Shown piece after piece: positions 48,187-59,950 of a stretch of 64,000 nucleotides of DNA. The position numbers and the translations under genes are program-made. The stretch is from Macrostomum hystrix (taxonomy: Eukaryota; Animalia; Platyhelminthes), in the NCBI GenBank assembly GCA_950097015.1, contig CATNEN010000007.1, forward strand, positions 10,974,001-11,038,000, written 5' to 3'. How positions within the stretch are numbered: position 1 is the stretch's first letter; each line of letters begins with the position of its first letter. Below the pieces are notes generated by a model. It saw only the letters and a program-made list of their open reading frames with translations, had not been told where the DNA came from and did not search any database.

Positions 48187-51100
48187 TCAGCGCTCGCAGA
48201 TCTCACTGGTCGATCGTGGCGGGTCTCCGTCGGCTGATCCGATTGGGGCGGCTGCTGGTCGCCCGCTGCTCCGTAGCTCGAGTTGCTGCAATCGACGGAG
48301 CGCAGAAGGAATGAGTTTGGAGCAGCTCAGCAGCCCTTGAGTCCTAATTGGAACCCTCGATGAACTTGGGATTTTTACTATAATCCCTATCTGTACGTGA
48401 ATCCCATGCCTCTATTCGAGCAGGTTCTTGAGCAGCCGTGCACCTTCTTGAATGCTCAGATAGCGACTCACAATTTCTCCAGCAGCCGCCGGTTGAGCGC
48501 CTCCCTGTACGGCTTGTCGATGGGGTAAAAGTGCATGAGCAGCAGGGCCAGGCAGACGCACACGATGGGCCCGGGCCCCACCAGGTAGCGCAGTGCCAGG
48601 GCTACCGAGTACGGCTGCTCGCAGGAGTTGCTGTCGTAGCCGCTGACACTGAGCACCAGCTGCGACAGGGCGAGGCTGGCCCCGGAGGCGAACTTGGTGA
48701 AGAAGACGTACAGAGAGTAGAACGTGGCCTCCTTGCGCTCCCCCGTGCGGCAGTAGAAGTCATCGATGACATCAGGCAGCATGGACCAGGGCAGCAACAT
48801 GGCCACCGAGATCGACAGGCCGGACATGCCGATCATCGCGTAGTAGGCGACCACACTGCTCGGCGGCAGAGTCGTTGCCACCATCAGACAGGGCAGCTGC
48901 GGCTGTGGTATGGCCGCCTGGCTTTATGAACTCGCATGTACGAACTGTACTGAGCCAATCACCCCGCCTCCACTGCTTCCACCCCGCCTCCACTGTTTCT
49001 ACCCCGCCTCCACTGCTTCCACCCCGCCTCCACTGTTTCTACCCCGCCTCCACTGTTTCTACCCCGCTTCCACTGTTTCTACCCCGCTTCCACTGTTTCT
49101 ACCCTGCCTCCAGTCCTTCTACCCCGCTTCCACTGTTTCTACCCCGCTTACACTGTTTCTACCCCGCCTCCAGTCCTTCTACCCCGCTTACACTGTTTCT
49201 ACCCCGCCTCCAGTCCTTCTACCCCGCCTCCACTGTTTCTACCCCGCCTCCACTGTTTCTACCCCGCCTCCAGTCCTTCTACCCCGCTTCCACTGTTTCT
49301 ACCCCGCCTCCACTGTTTCTACCCTGCCTCCAGTCCTTCTACACCGCCTCCACTGTTTCTACCCCGCCTCCACTGTTTCTACCCCGCTTCCACTGTTTCT
49401 ACCCCGCCACCAGTCCTTCTACCCCGCTTCCACTGTTTCTACCCCGCTTCCACTGTTTCTACCCCGCCTCCAGTCCTTCTACCCCGCCTCCACTGTTTCT
49501 ACCCTGCCTCCAGTCCTTCTACCCCGCTTCCACTGTTTCTACCCCACCTCCACTGTTTCTACCCTGCCTCCAGTCCTTCTACCCCGCCTCCACTGTTTCT
49601 ACCCCGCCTCCAGTCCTTCTACCCCGCCTCCACTGTTTCTACCCCGCCTCCACTGTTTCTACCCCGCCTCCAGTCCTTCTACCCCGCCTCCAGTCCTTCT
49701 ACCCCGCCTCCAGTCCTTCTACCCCGCCTCCACTGTTTCTACCCCGCCTCCACTGTTTCTACCCCGCCTCCAGTCCTTCTACCCCGCCTCCACTGTTTCT
49801 ACCCCGCCTCCACTGTTTCTACCCCGCCTCCACTGTTTCTACCCCTCCTCCAGTCCTTCTACCCCGCTTCCACTGTTTCTACCCTGCCTCCAGTCCTTCT
49901 ACCCCGCCTCCACTGTTTCTACCCCGCCTCCACTGTTTCTACCCTGCCTCCAGTCCTTCTACCCCGCCTCCACTGCTTCTACCCCGCTTCCACTGTTTCT
50001 ACCCCGCTTACACTGTTTCTACCCCGCCTCCAGTCCTTCTACCCCGCTTACACTGTTTCTACCCCGCCTCCAGTCCTTCTACCCCGCCTCCACTGTTTCT
50101 ACCCCGCCTCCACTGTTTCTACCACGCCTCCAGTCCTTCTACCCCGCCTCCACTGTTTCTACCCCGCCTCCACTGTTTCTACCCCGCCTCCAGTCCTTCT
50201 ACCCCGCCTCCAGTCCTTCTACCCCGCCTCCAGTCCTTCTACCCCGCCTCCACTGTTTCTACCCCACCTCCACTGTTTCTACCCTGCCTCCAGTCCTTCT
50301 ACCCCGCCTCCACTGTTTCTACCCCGCCTCCAGTCCTTCTACCCCGCCTCCACTGTTTCTACCCCGCTTCCACTGTTTCTACCCCGCCTCCAGTCCTTCT
50401 ACCCCGCTTCCACTGTTTCTACCCTGCCTCCAGTCCTTCTACCCCGCCTCCACTGTTTCTACCCTGCCTCCAGTCCTTCTACCCCGCTTCCACTGTTTCT
50501 ACCCTGCCTCCAGTCCTTCTACCCCGCTTCCACTGTTTCTACCCCGCTTACACTGTTTCTACCCCGCCTCCAGTCCTTCTACCCCGCCTCCACTGTTTCT
50601 ACCCCGCCTCCAGTCCTTCTACCCCGCCTCCACTGTTTCTACCCCGCCTCCACTGTTTCTGCCCCGCCTCCAGTCCTTCTACCCCGCTTCCACTGTTTCT
50701 ACCCTGCCTCCAGTCCTTCTACCCCGCCTCCACTGTTTCTACCCCGCCTCCAGTCCTTCTACCCCGCTTCCACTGTTTCTACCCTGCCTCCAGTCCTTCT
50801 ACCCCGCCTCCACTGTTTCTACCCCGCCTCCACTGTTTCTACCCCGCCTCCACTGTTTCTACCCCGCCTCCACTGTTTCTACCCTGCCTCCAGTCCTTCT
50901 ACCCCGCTTCCACTGTTTCTACCCTGCCTCCAGTCCTTCTACCCCGCTTCCACTGTTTCTACCCCGCTTACACTGTTTCTACCCCGCCTCCAGTCCTTCT
51001 ACCCCGCCTCCACTGTTTCTACCCCGCCTCCAGTCCTTCTACCCCGCCTCCAGTCCTTCTACCCCGCCTCCACTGTTTCTACCCCGCCTCCACTGTTTCT

Positions 51101-54100
51101 GCCCCGCCTCCAGTCCTTCTACCCCGCTTCCACTGTTTCTACCCTGCCTCCAGTCCTTCTACCCCGCCTCCACTGTTTCTACCCCGCCTCCAGTCCTTCT
51201 ACCCCGCTTCCACTGTTTCTACCCTGCCTCCAGTCCTTCTACCCCGCCTCCAAAGTTTCTACCCAGCCTCCACTGTTTCTACCCCGCCTCCACTGTTTCT
51301 ACCCCGCCTCCACTGTTTCTACCCCGCCTCCAGTCCTTCTACCCCGCCTCCAGTCCTTCTACCCCGCCTCCACTGTTTCTGCCCCGCCTCCAGTCCTTCT
51401 ACCCCGCCTCCACTGTTTCTACCCCGCCTCCACTGTTTCTACCCTGCCTCCAGTCCTTCTACCCCGCCTCCACTGTTTCTACCCCGCTTACACTGTTTCT
51501 ACCCCGCCACCACTGTTTCTACCCTGCCTCCAGTCCTTCTACCCCGCCTCCACTGTTTCTACTCCGCTTCAACTGTTTCTACCCCGCCTCCAGTCCTTCT
51601 ACCCCGCCTCCACTGTTTCTACCCCGCCTCCACTGTTTCTACCCCGCCTCCAGTCCTTCTACCCCGCCTCCAGTCCTTCTACCCCGCCTCCACTGTTTCT
51701 ACCCTGCCTCCAGTTCTTCTACCCCGCCTCCACTGTTTCTACCCCGCCTCCACTGTTTCTACCCCGCCTCCAGTCCTTCTACCCCGCTTCCACTGTTTCT
51801 ACCCTGCCTCCAGTCCTTCTACCCCGCCTCCACTGTTTCTACCCCGCCTCCACTGTTTCTACCCCGCCTCCACTGTTTCTACCCCGCTTCCACTGTTTCT
51901 ACCCTGCCTCCACTGTTTCTACCCTGCCTCCAGTCCTTCTACCCCGCCTCCACTGTTTCTACCCCGCCTCCAGTCCTTCTACCCCGCTTCCACTGTTTCT
52001 ACCCCGCCTCCACTGTTTCTACCCCGCTTCCACTGCTTCTACGCCCATTCCTACCCAGCACTAGTGCAGCACTTCTCCCTTCGCATCCCGGCAACTCACA
52101 ACGAGGCCGAGCATGAAAACCCTCTTCTTGCCGAACCTGTCGCACATGTGCGACCAGAACGGCACCAGCAGAACGGCCACGGTCAGCACGGTGAAGATGC
52201 CGGAGTTCATGTGGCTGCCCATGCCGAGGCTGTGCGTGGTGTACAGGCCAAGGTTTGCCTGCACCGTCTGGAATGTGGAGCGAGTGGATCGTGCCTTGTC
52301 ACTGCGGGCTCGTGTAAGCGACCCGCAAGCAATTTACTCGGCTTCAAGACGTGTGGGGGCCCACCTGGATTCCCAGCGACATGAATAGGAAGGCCAGCAT
52401 GAGCAGCACGTACGGCCGGTGGCCCAGCGCACTGCGCACGTTGCTCAGCAGGGAGTCCCGCCTGGCGTCCAGCTTCACGCGCTCCCGGATGCCGAAGGTG
52501 GCAATGAGACCGTTGGCGAAGTAGATCGCAGAGATTGTCAGCGCCGCGATGGCGTAGCCACGGCGCTGCACGGAAAGGGAACCGAGGTTAGAATGGAATC
52601 GAAGCAGCTCATGAAACTTGATGAAATAAGGGGAGAATGATATGAGGGGAGAATGATATTAGGGGAGAATGATATGAGGGAGAATGAAGTGAGGGCAGAA
52701 TGAAGTGAGGGGAGAATAAAGCGAGGGGAGAATGAAGTGAGGGGAGAATGACGTCAGGGGAGAATGAAGTGAGGGGAGAATGAAGTGAGGGCAGAATGAA
52801 GTGAGGGGAGAATGAAGTGAGGGGAGAATGAGGTGAGGGCAGAATGAAGTGAGGGGAGAATGAGGTGAGGGGAGAATGAAGTGAGGGGAGAATGAAGTGA
52901 GGGGAGAAGGATATGAGGGGGAGAATATGTAGCGATTAAAAGTAGTGAAGAGTTAGGAAAAAAGGCAGGTTATGATTCCCAGTGTCAGGAAAAGCTGAAG
53001 TGCAGTGTGGGGAGCTCGAGAAAGGGGAGACAGGGATTGGAGGCGGGCTGAATGTGTTGTCAAGGACGCCGAGGAACCGGCTGAGACCTTGTTGTGTTCT
53101 TGTCCAACGTTGTGTCGGAGCACGTTTATTAGTATCGTATGAGAATACACAGGCTCGAGGCCTAACAAACACAGAGTGAATAAATGTATCGCAGCTGCTT
53201 AGCGGGCATACACTAGCTTTCGCTCTGCGACTAGAGTGGCCATAGACAGACATCTATCTTAAAGCTTAAAGCGCAGACATCACAGACCTCATCCAACAGG
53301 CTGTCGGGCGAGGCGGATTCGTTGGCATCACCCGCGCTGCAGTCAGCCGCCAGTCGGTGGCGGCTGCTGATGGCGCCGAAGACGCCAGTGCCGATGATGG
53401 TGAAGAGCAGCTCGAAGCCGATCCTGCAGGCAGTGGCGCCGTCCTTGTCCTTGGCGCAGTCCGAGATCAGCATGGTCGATGATGCATAGGGCACGTGATA
53501 GCACTGCGGGAGCGGGTTGCGAGCGCTGCTTGCTACTAACTGGCTAAAGTGAGTAGTGTGTTGCGGCTATGGGTTAGTCCCAGCCCGGATCAAATGCAAC
53601 ACCGCTGGCAGCTCACGGTGATGCATGCGCAGTAGGCCAGGTAGCAGAGCAGGTGGTAGAGGAACTGGGAGCTCTGGATGCCGCCGCCGCTGAGCCACAT
53701 GGCCAAGAAGGAGGCCGGGCCCACCACGGTGGCCACTGCCAGCCAGGGCTTCGTGCGGCCGCAGCGGGTTCGAGTCCGCAGCACCAGCTGGCCGACCAGC
53801 GGGTCCGTGGCCGCGTCCCAGGCCCGGCCAGAGAAGGTGATGACGGACACCTGGGCTGGGGTGAGGCGCACGGCCTCCAGCAGGTAGAGGCTGAAGTAGA
53901 AGCCGCAGATGTTGCTCGTCATCTGCAGCGGCGGCGCCGCCAAGCCGAAGAGCAGCTTCCGACACAGCGACAGGCGGGACTGCGGCCCCTGATTGGGCTC
54001 GATGAGCAGACCCTGGTATGATTGATTGATTTCCGATAAGTGGTCAGCTCGTGACTTGGTTGCTTGTTTAATTTAAAAATAGATTTAAAAAATAGGTTGG

Positions 54101-56120
54101 TAGGTAATTGAGTTTCGAGTTGCTCCTATTTTTAGAAGTTTCGTAGGGAACCCCTTCTTTAAGACATCAACCCAGTCACGTGACTTGACCCCTGTCATGG
54201 CCGAATCTCACCAAGTTGGAGTTTGGACGTATTTAAACAAGCCTTGACTTAAGTAGCTTACTGACCTACAGGCGGAGATTGAGTAGTGCTAAATTGACTA
54301 GCTGGTGGAACAGATTAGCAAGCCTTGACTTAAGTAGCTTACTGACCTACAGGCGGAGATTGAGTAGTGCTAAATTGACTAGCTGGTGGAACAGATTAGC
54401 AAGCCTTGACTTAAGTAGCTTACTGACCTACAGGCGGAGATTGAGTAGTGCTAAATTGACTAGCTGGTGGAACAGATTAGCAAGCCTTGACTTAAGTAGC
54501 TTACTGACCTACAGGCGGAGATTGAGTAGTGCTAAATTGACTAGCTGGTGGAACAGATTAGCAAGCCTTGACTTAAGTAGCTTACTGACCTACAGGCGGA
54601 GATTGAGTAGTGCTAAATTGACTAGCTGGTGGAACAGATTAGCAAGCCTTGACTTAAGTAGCTTACTGACCTACAGGCGGAGATTGAGTAGTGCTAAATT
54701 GACTAGCTGGTGGAACAGATTAGCAAGCCTTGACTTAAGTAGCTTACTGACCTACAGGCGGAGATTGAGTAGTGCTAAATTGACTAGCTGGTGGAACAGA
54801 TTAGCAAGCCTTGACTTAAGTAGCTTACTGACCTACAGGCGGAGATTGAGTAGTGCTAAATTGACTAGCTGGTGGAACAGATTAGCAAGCCTTGACTTAA
54901 GTAGCTTACTGACCTACAGGCGGAGATTGAGTAGTGCTAAATTGACTAGCTGGTGGAACAGATTAGCAAGCCTTGACTTAAGTAGCTTACTGACCTACAG
55001 GCGGAGATTGAGTAGTGCTAAATTGACTAGCTGGTGGAACAGATTAGCAAATTTCAGTTTAATCACAGCTTTTCGCTGCTGCAAATTGAAACCACTATTG
55101 GCAGTGCGTCACTAGTATGTGAATGTTATGTTTAGCGATCGAGATAGCTTTGACCCACAGGCAGCAATGGATTGCGGAAATAAATCCAATAAATCAAGTA
55201 CATGTTAATGTTAAGTGCATTTGAAATATTTAGGGTCCTGATCTAGCCACTGAAAGGTGGAATGGATTGCTGATCTAGCCACTGAAAGGTGGAATGGATT
55301 GCTGATCTATCCACTGAAAGGTGGAATGGATTGCTGATCTAGCCACTGAAAGGTGGAATGGATTGCTGATCTAGCCACTGAAAGGTGGAATGGATTGCTG
55401 ATCTAGCCACTGAAAGGTGGAATGGATTGCTGATCTAGCCACTGAAAGGTGGAATGGATTGCTGATCTAGCCACTGAAAGGTGGAATGGATTGCTGATCT
55501 ATCCACTGAAAGGTGGAATGGATTGCTGATCTAGCCACTGAAAGGTTGAATGGATTGCTGATCTAGCCACTGAAAGGTGGAATGGATTGCTGATCTAGCC
55601 ACTGAAAGGTGGAATGGATTGCTGATCTATCCACTGAAAGGTGGAATGGATTGCTGATCTAGCCACTGAAAGGTGGAATGGATTGCTGATCTATCCACTG
55701 AAAGGTGGAATGGATTGCTGATCTAGCCACTGAAAGGTGGAATGGATTGCTGATCTAGCCACTGAAAGGTGGAATGGATTGCTGATCTAGCCACTGAAAG
55801 GTGGAATGGATTGCTGATCTAGCCACTGAAAGGTGGAATGGATTGCTGATCTAGCCACTGAAAGGTGGAATGGATTGGTGATCTAGCCACTGAAAGATGG
55901 AATGGATTGCTGATCTAGTCACTGAAAGGTGGAATGGATTGCTGATCTAGCCACTGAAAGGTGGAATGGATTGCTGATCTAGCCACTGAAAGGTGGAATG
56001 GATTGCTGATCTAGTCACTGAAAGGTGGAATGGATTGCTAGCCCATGCAGTTTAATCAGAGTGAAGGATAAATCAGGAACTCACCTTGTCTTTGTCATCC
56101 TGCCCAATGTCAGAGGACAT
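48187..56120 (-). CDS. MFSD2: MFSD2-like (GPH/MelB family) MFS transporter; exons 56085-56120, 53617-54012, 53288-53503, 52365-52565, 52100-52267, 48472-48896, 48187-48343
   Basis: GRAWDAATDPLVG, RTRCGRTKPW, CYHVPY, ATACRIGFE, RFGKK, LLPWSMLPDVIDDF, EATFYSLYVFFTKFASG and FYPI; phase-compatible GT-AG introns. Terminal exons are less certain. Confidence 0.88.
48960..52042 (+). repeat. 20-bp intronic minisatellite, ~154 copies (ACCCCGCCTCCACTGTTTCT and variants)
   Basis: Strict 20-bp register across 3.1 kb inside an MFSD2-like intron. Confidence 0.98.
52630..52925 (+). repeat. 18-bp intronic minisatellite (GGGGAGAATGAAGTGA-type)
   Basis: Visible directly. Confidence 0.9.
54238..55050 (+). repeat. 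81-bp tandem repeat, 10 copies
   Basis: AGCCTTGACTTAAGTAGC... at 54240, 54321 and onward. Confidence 0.97.
55238..56039 (+). repeat. 32-bp minisatellite, ~25 copies
   Basis: CTGATCTAGCCACTGAAAGGTGGAATGGATTG. Confidence 0.97.
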
Positions 56121-56799
56121 TGTTGGCACCAGCTGTCCTCAGTGTCAGGTGCTCAGTTGTGGCAGATTCAACATGGAAGCTAAACTGCTGTATACACACC
56201 TGTGCGCAATCTTGTGTAAAACACTGAGTCAGTGCAGTCAGTGAGCTTTGTTATACCTGTGCTCTTTACCAACAGTAAGTGTACTCATTCGGAGACCTTT
56301 GGCCTGCATGAGCTGCTCGGGTGGGCCTCAACGCTCATTTTTGCAGATAAGAGGAATGCTCAACTCGTCAATCTATGCTATTTAGATCACAAAGCTAAGT
56401 TAGATGAAGAAAACATTTTAGGAGCCTGATTGAATACATCTGCTTTGAAACTGGACAGATAATGTTGTGCTGCAGTAAATATGTAATTCAATATTTAATT
56501 TATTTTTCAATTTTTATTTATTAAATTTGAAAAAATCATACACAATCGAGCCAGATTAACTTCATATTGCTGGACTGGATTGGGGTAGGGGTAACTCAAT
56601 AAGCCTAGAAAATGTATATAACTGATAAGAATATTTATTGCACATTCTGGAACCTCACTGTGATTGGCTACGGCTGCAGACAGCTGGCACTTCACTGTGA
56701 TTGGCTGCAGCTGCAGACAGCTGGCACCTCGATCACTGTGATTGGCTGGCACCCACCTCAATCATCCCAGTTCAAAGCAGCACCGCAAAAGTCTCACTC

Positions 56800-59700
56800 T
56801 CACTCAGCCGTCGGCTCGAAGCCGAACTCTTTGAAGGCGGCGCGGAATTCCTGCTCTTCCTGTTTCCGCCAGTCAGCCAGAGGCTCTTCGGCCTTGCGCT
56901 CGTACAGCCGCACCACCGTGATGTGCAGCGCGGCCAGCTGCAGATCAGTGAACTGGAAGGCGAAGCGGACAGATTCGTGTGCTACGGAGTGACAGTTCAG
57001 AGGCTCGAGGATATGGCTGCGGGCATCTCACCAGCAAACTCCCTGGCGGACCGCTGCCCCAGCACTGCCTGACCTCGCCAGATTTCGAGTAACAGAAGAC
57101 CTCGTTGAGCGGATGCCGCGGCCCGCAGCCATAGTCGAATTTCCGCAGTTCGGCGATGCTGCCCCGCCTGCTGGAGTTCCAGTCGCTCACGGCACCCTCC
57201 GCCTTCCGCAGCTGCTCCGCGTAGCTCTCCGCATCCGCCTCCGAGCGCAACGCCATCCGGACGCTGGCCAGGTGGGGATACTTGCCGCGCTCCTCCAGCT
57301 GCTTCATCAGCCGCGCAGCCTCCGAGCCGCAGCTCAGCTTCAGCAGCTCCATGAGGCGATCGTCGGTGAGCCAGAGTAGCGACTCCAGCGACTCCGGACT
57401 GTCCAACAGGTACTGGACGGCCCTAGGATCCGTTCCAGGCTCCGAGCGGTGGCTCTTCAGGTGATCGCGGGCTGCAGACAAGGCGTCCTGGAAGCTGCAG
57501 ATGGCGCCAATGCGCATTAAGTGTTAATTCAGCTTTTGATTTGCTTGTGTGTGTGTGTGTCTAACAGGTGTGCGTCTTACAGGTGTGTGTCTTACAGGTG
57601 TGTGTCTTAAAGGTGTGTGTCTGTCTAACAGGTGTGTGTGTGTCTAACAGGTGTGTGTGTGTCTAACAGGTGTGTGTCTGTCTAAAAGGTGTGTGTCTGT
57701 CTAACAGGTGTGTGTGTGTCTAACAGGTGTGTGTCTGTCTAACAGGTGTGTGTCTGTCTAAAAGGTGTGTGTCTGTCTAACAGGTGTGTGTGTGTGTCTA
57801 ACAGGTGTGTGTCTTACATGTGTGTGTCTTACATGTGTGTGTCGATCTAACAGGTGTGTGTCTGTTTAACAGGTGTGTGTCTGTTTAACAGGTGTGTGTG
57901 TCTGTCTTCTGCTCACACTTTCTCGAAGGCAATAGACTTCACGTGCTGGTAGGCAATGTAGTGCATCTGCCTGCGAGCAACCAGCAGATTGATGTAGTCC
58001 AGCACCTGCTTGTCCCTCAGCACTAGCAGCATGCGCGTCGCAGCGGGACTAGCGGGGTCGCGGCACGGCAGCACGCGCAGCAGTGACAGCTGGCGGCTCG
58101 CGTCGAAGCGGGTCGTCAGGCCGAGGCTCTGGGCGTCGCGGTTCAGGTAGTCGATCTTGTCTACGTCGAAGCCGGTCCGCTTGTTGTTCACGATCTGCCG
58201 GTTTTCAGTGGCGGTTTCGCGACACTGTTCGTGACCCCGACTTTCCAACAAGGCGCCACAAACCTTGGGTTTCCAACTAGTGAAACTTACTGTGGGGCAG
58301 GCTTGGGTTTCCAACTAGTGAAACATGTGGGGTGGGGCAGGCTTGGGTTTCCAACTAGTGAAACATGTGGGGTGGGGCAGGCTTGGGTTTCCAACTAGTG
58401 AAACATGTGGGGTGGGGCAGACTTGGGTTTCCAACTAGTGAAACATGTGGGGTGGGGCAGGCTTGGGTTTCCAACTAGTGAAACATGTGGGGTGGGGCAG
58501 GCTTGGGTTTCCAACTAGTGAAACATGTGGGGTGGGGCAGGCTTGGGTTTCCAACTAGTGAAACATGTGGGGTGGGGGCAGGCTTGGGTTTCCAACTAGT
58601 GGGGTGGGGCAGGCGGGACTGACCTCGTACAGGAATTGCTTCTCGGGCGGTATCTTCGAACACTCGCCGTCCGGTGCGCCTAGAATGAGGTCGCCGATGA
58701 GCTTCTGGTGGGTGCAGCCGCCGGGCCAGCGGGTCTGCATGAAGTGCGAGAACTCCTGTGAATCCGAGTCCTGCCTGCGGGCAACGTCATCCACGATGGA
58801 GTTGAGAACCTGCACGCTCATGCGCTCGTGGTGATACTTGATGCCCTGTGAGTTCAGCAGCGACTCCCACAGGTGCGAATAGGGACCGTGGCCGAGGTCG
58901 TGGCACAGGCCTGCAATGGCCACGCAGACAGCCTCCTCCTCGCTGAACTGCTCCTCGGACAAGCAGCCACGCAGCTTCTTGGCCATCTCCCAGGCCAGGT
59001 GGTAGGTGCTGCGTGACGGGGTTTGACGGTGCGGCTGATGCATCCGTGATGGATCCCTCTTTGATTGGCTTCCTATTCAGCTCCTTGGCTTCCTATTCAG
59101 CTCCTTGGCTTCCTATTCAGCTCCTTGGCTTCCTATTCAGCTCCTTGACTTCCTATTCAGCTCCTTGGCTTCCACTCAGCTCCTTGGCCTCCTATTCAGC
59201 TCCTTGGCTTCCACTCAGCTCCTTGGCTTCCACTCAGCTCCTTGGCTTCCTATTCAGCTCCTTGGCTTCCTATTCAGCTCCTTGGCTTCCACTCAGCTCC
59301 TTGGCTTCCACTCAGCTCCTTGGCTTCCACTCAGCTCCTTGGCTTCCTATTCAGCTCCTTGGCCTCCTATTCAGCTCCTTGACTTCCTATTCAGCTCCTT
59401 GGCCTCCTATTCAGCTCCTTGACTTCCTATTCAGCTCCTTGACTTCCTATTCAGCTCCTTGGCCTCCTATTCAGCTCCTTGGCCTCCTATTCAGCTCCTT
59501 GGCCTCCTATTCAGCTCCTTGGCCTCCTATTCAGCTCCTTAGCTTCCACTCAGCTCCTTGACTCTTTACTCGGCAGCTCCGTCAGCTCGAGCTGCACTCA
59601 CCCAATGCTGTGCTCAAACCGAGTTTTAGTTGCTGAAGGATAGACCAGGTCGGTCAGGGCGAGCTGCTTGAGTCGCCTCAATCGCTGGAACTGCGGCCTG

Positions 59701-59950
59701 TCCATGATCACCTGGGCGAAGGTGTGCAGCTGTATGGTGCCATGCACCGGGTCATTGATGGTCTGCAGTGGCAATGTTAACAGGGGCTGATAGTTCTTGC
59801 CTTCTGTTTTCATTTCAGTTAAAAGCTACAAAGTAGACTGTGTAATTCCCATCTCATACTAGTGGCAAACTGAGCAACTGCTACAGCCGAAGGCTGAGAT
59901 CTCACCTTCACGGACTGGAAGCTAGCTCGAGCATCCGGTTGAGACTGCAT
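56800..59950 (-). CDS. SAMHD1: SAMHD1-like HD-domain dNTP triphosphohydrolase, paralogue B (no SAM domain), 494 aa; exons 59906-59950, 59602-59762, 58624-59008, 57917-58194, 57032-57494, 56800-56952
   Basis: [46 protein letters not shown] and YQH; same intron positions and phases as paralogue A. Confidence 0.9.
57546..57905 (+). repeat. TG-rich intronic minisatellite (TCTAACAGGTGTGTG)
   Basis: Visible directly. Confidence 0.92.
58263..58613 (+). repeat. 40-bp intronic minisatellite
   Basis: GCTTGGGTTTCCAACTAGTGAAACATGTGGGGTGGGGCAG. Confidence 0.95.
59064..59563 (+). repeat. 19/20-bp intronic minisatellite (TTGGCTTCCTATTCAGCTCC)
   Basis: Visible directly. Confidence 0.95.

Noticed and set aside
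48875-52384. 1169-aa and 1068-aa + strand ORFs
   Set aside because: Translations of a stop-free 20-bp minisatellite lying in an intron of the minus-strand MFSD2-like gene.
54279-55115. 278-aa ORF of 27-aa repeats
   Set aside because: 81-bp perfect tandem repeat with no synonymous variation and no ATG start; intronic.
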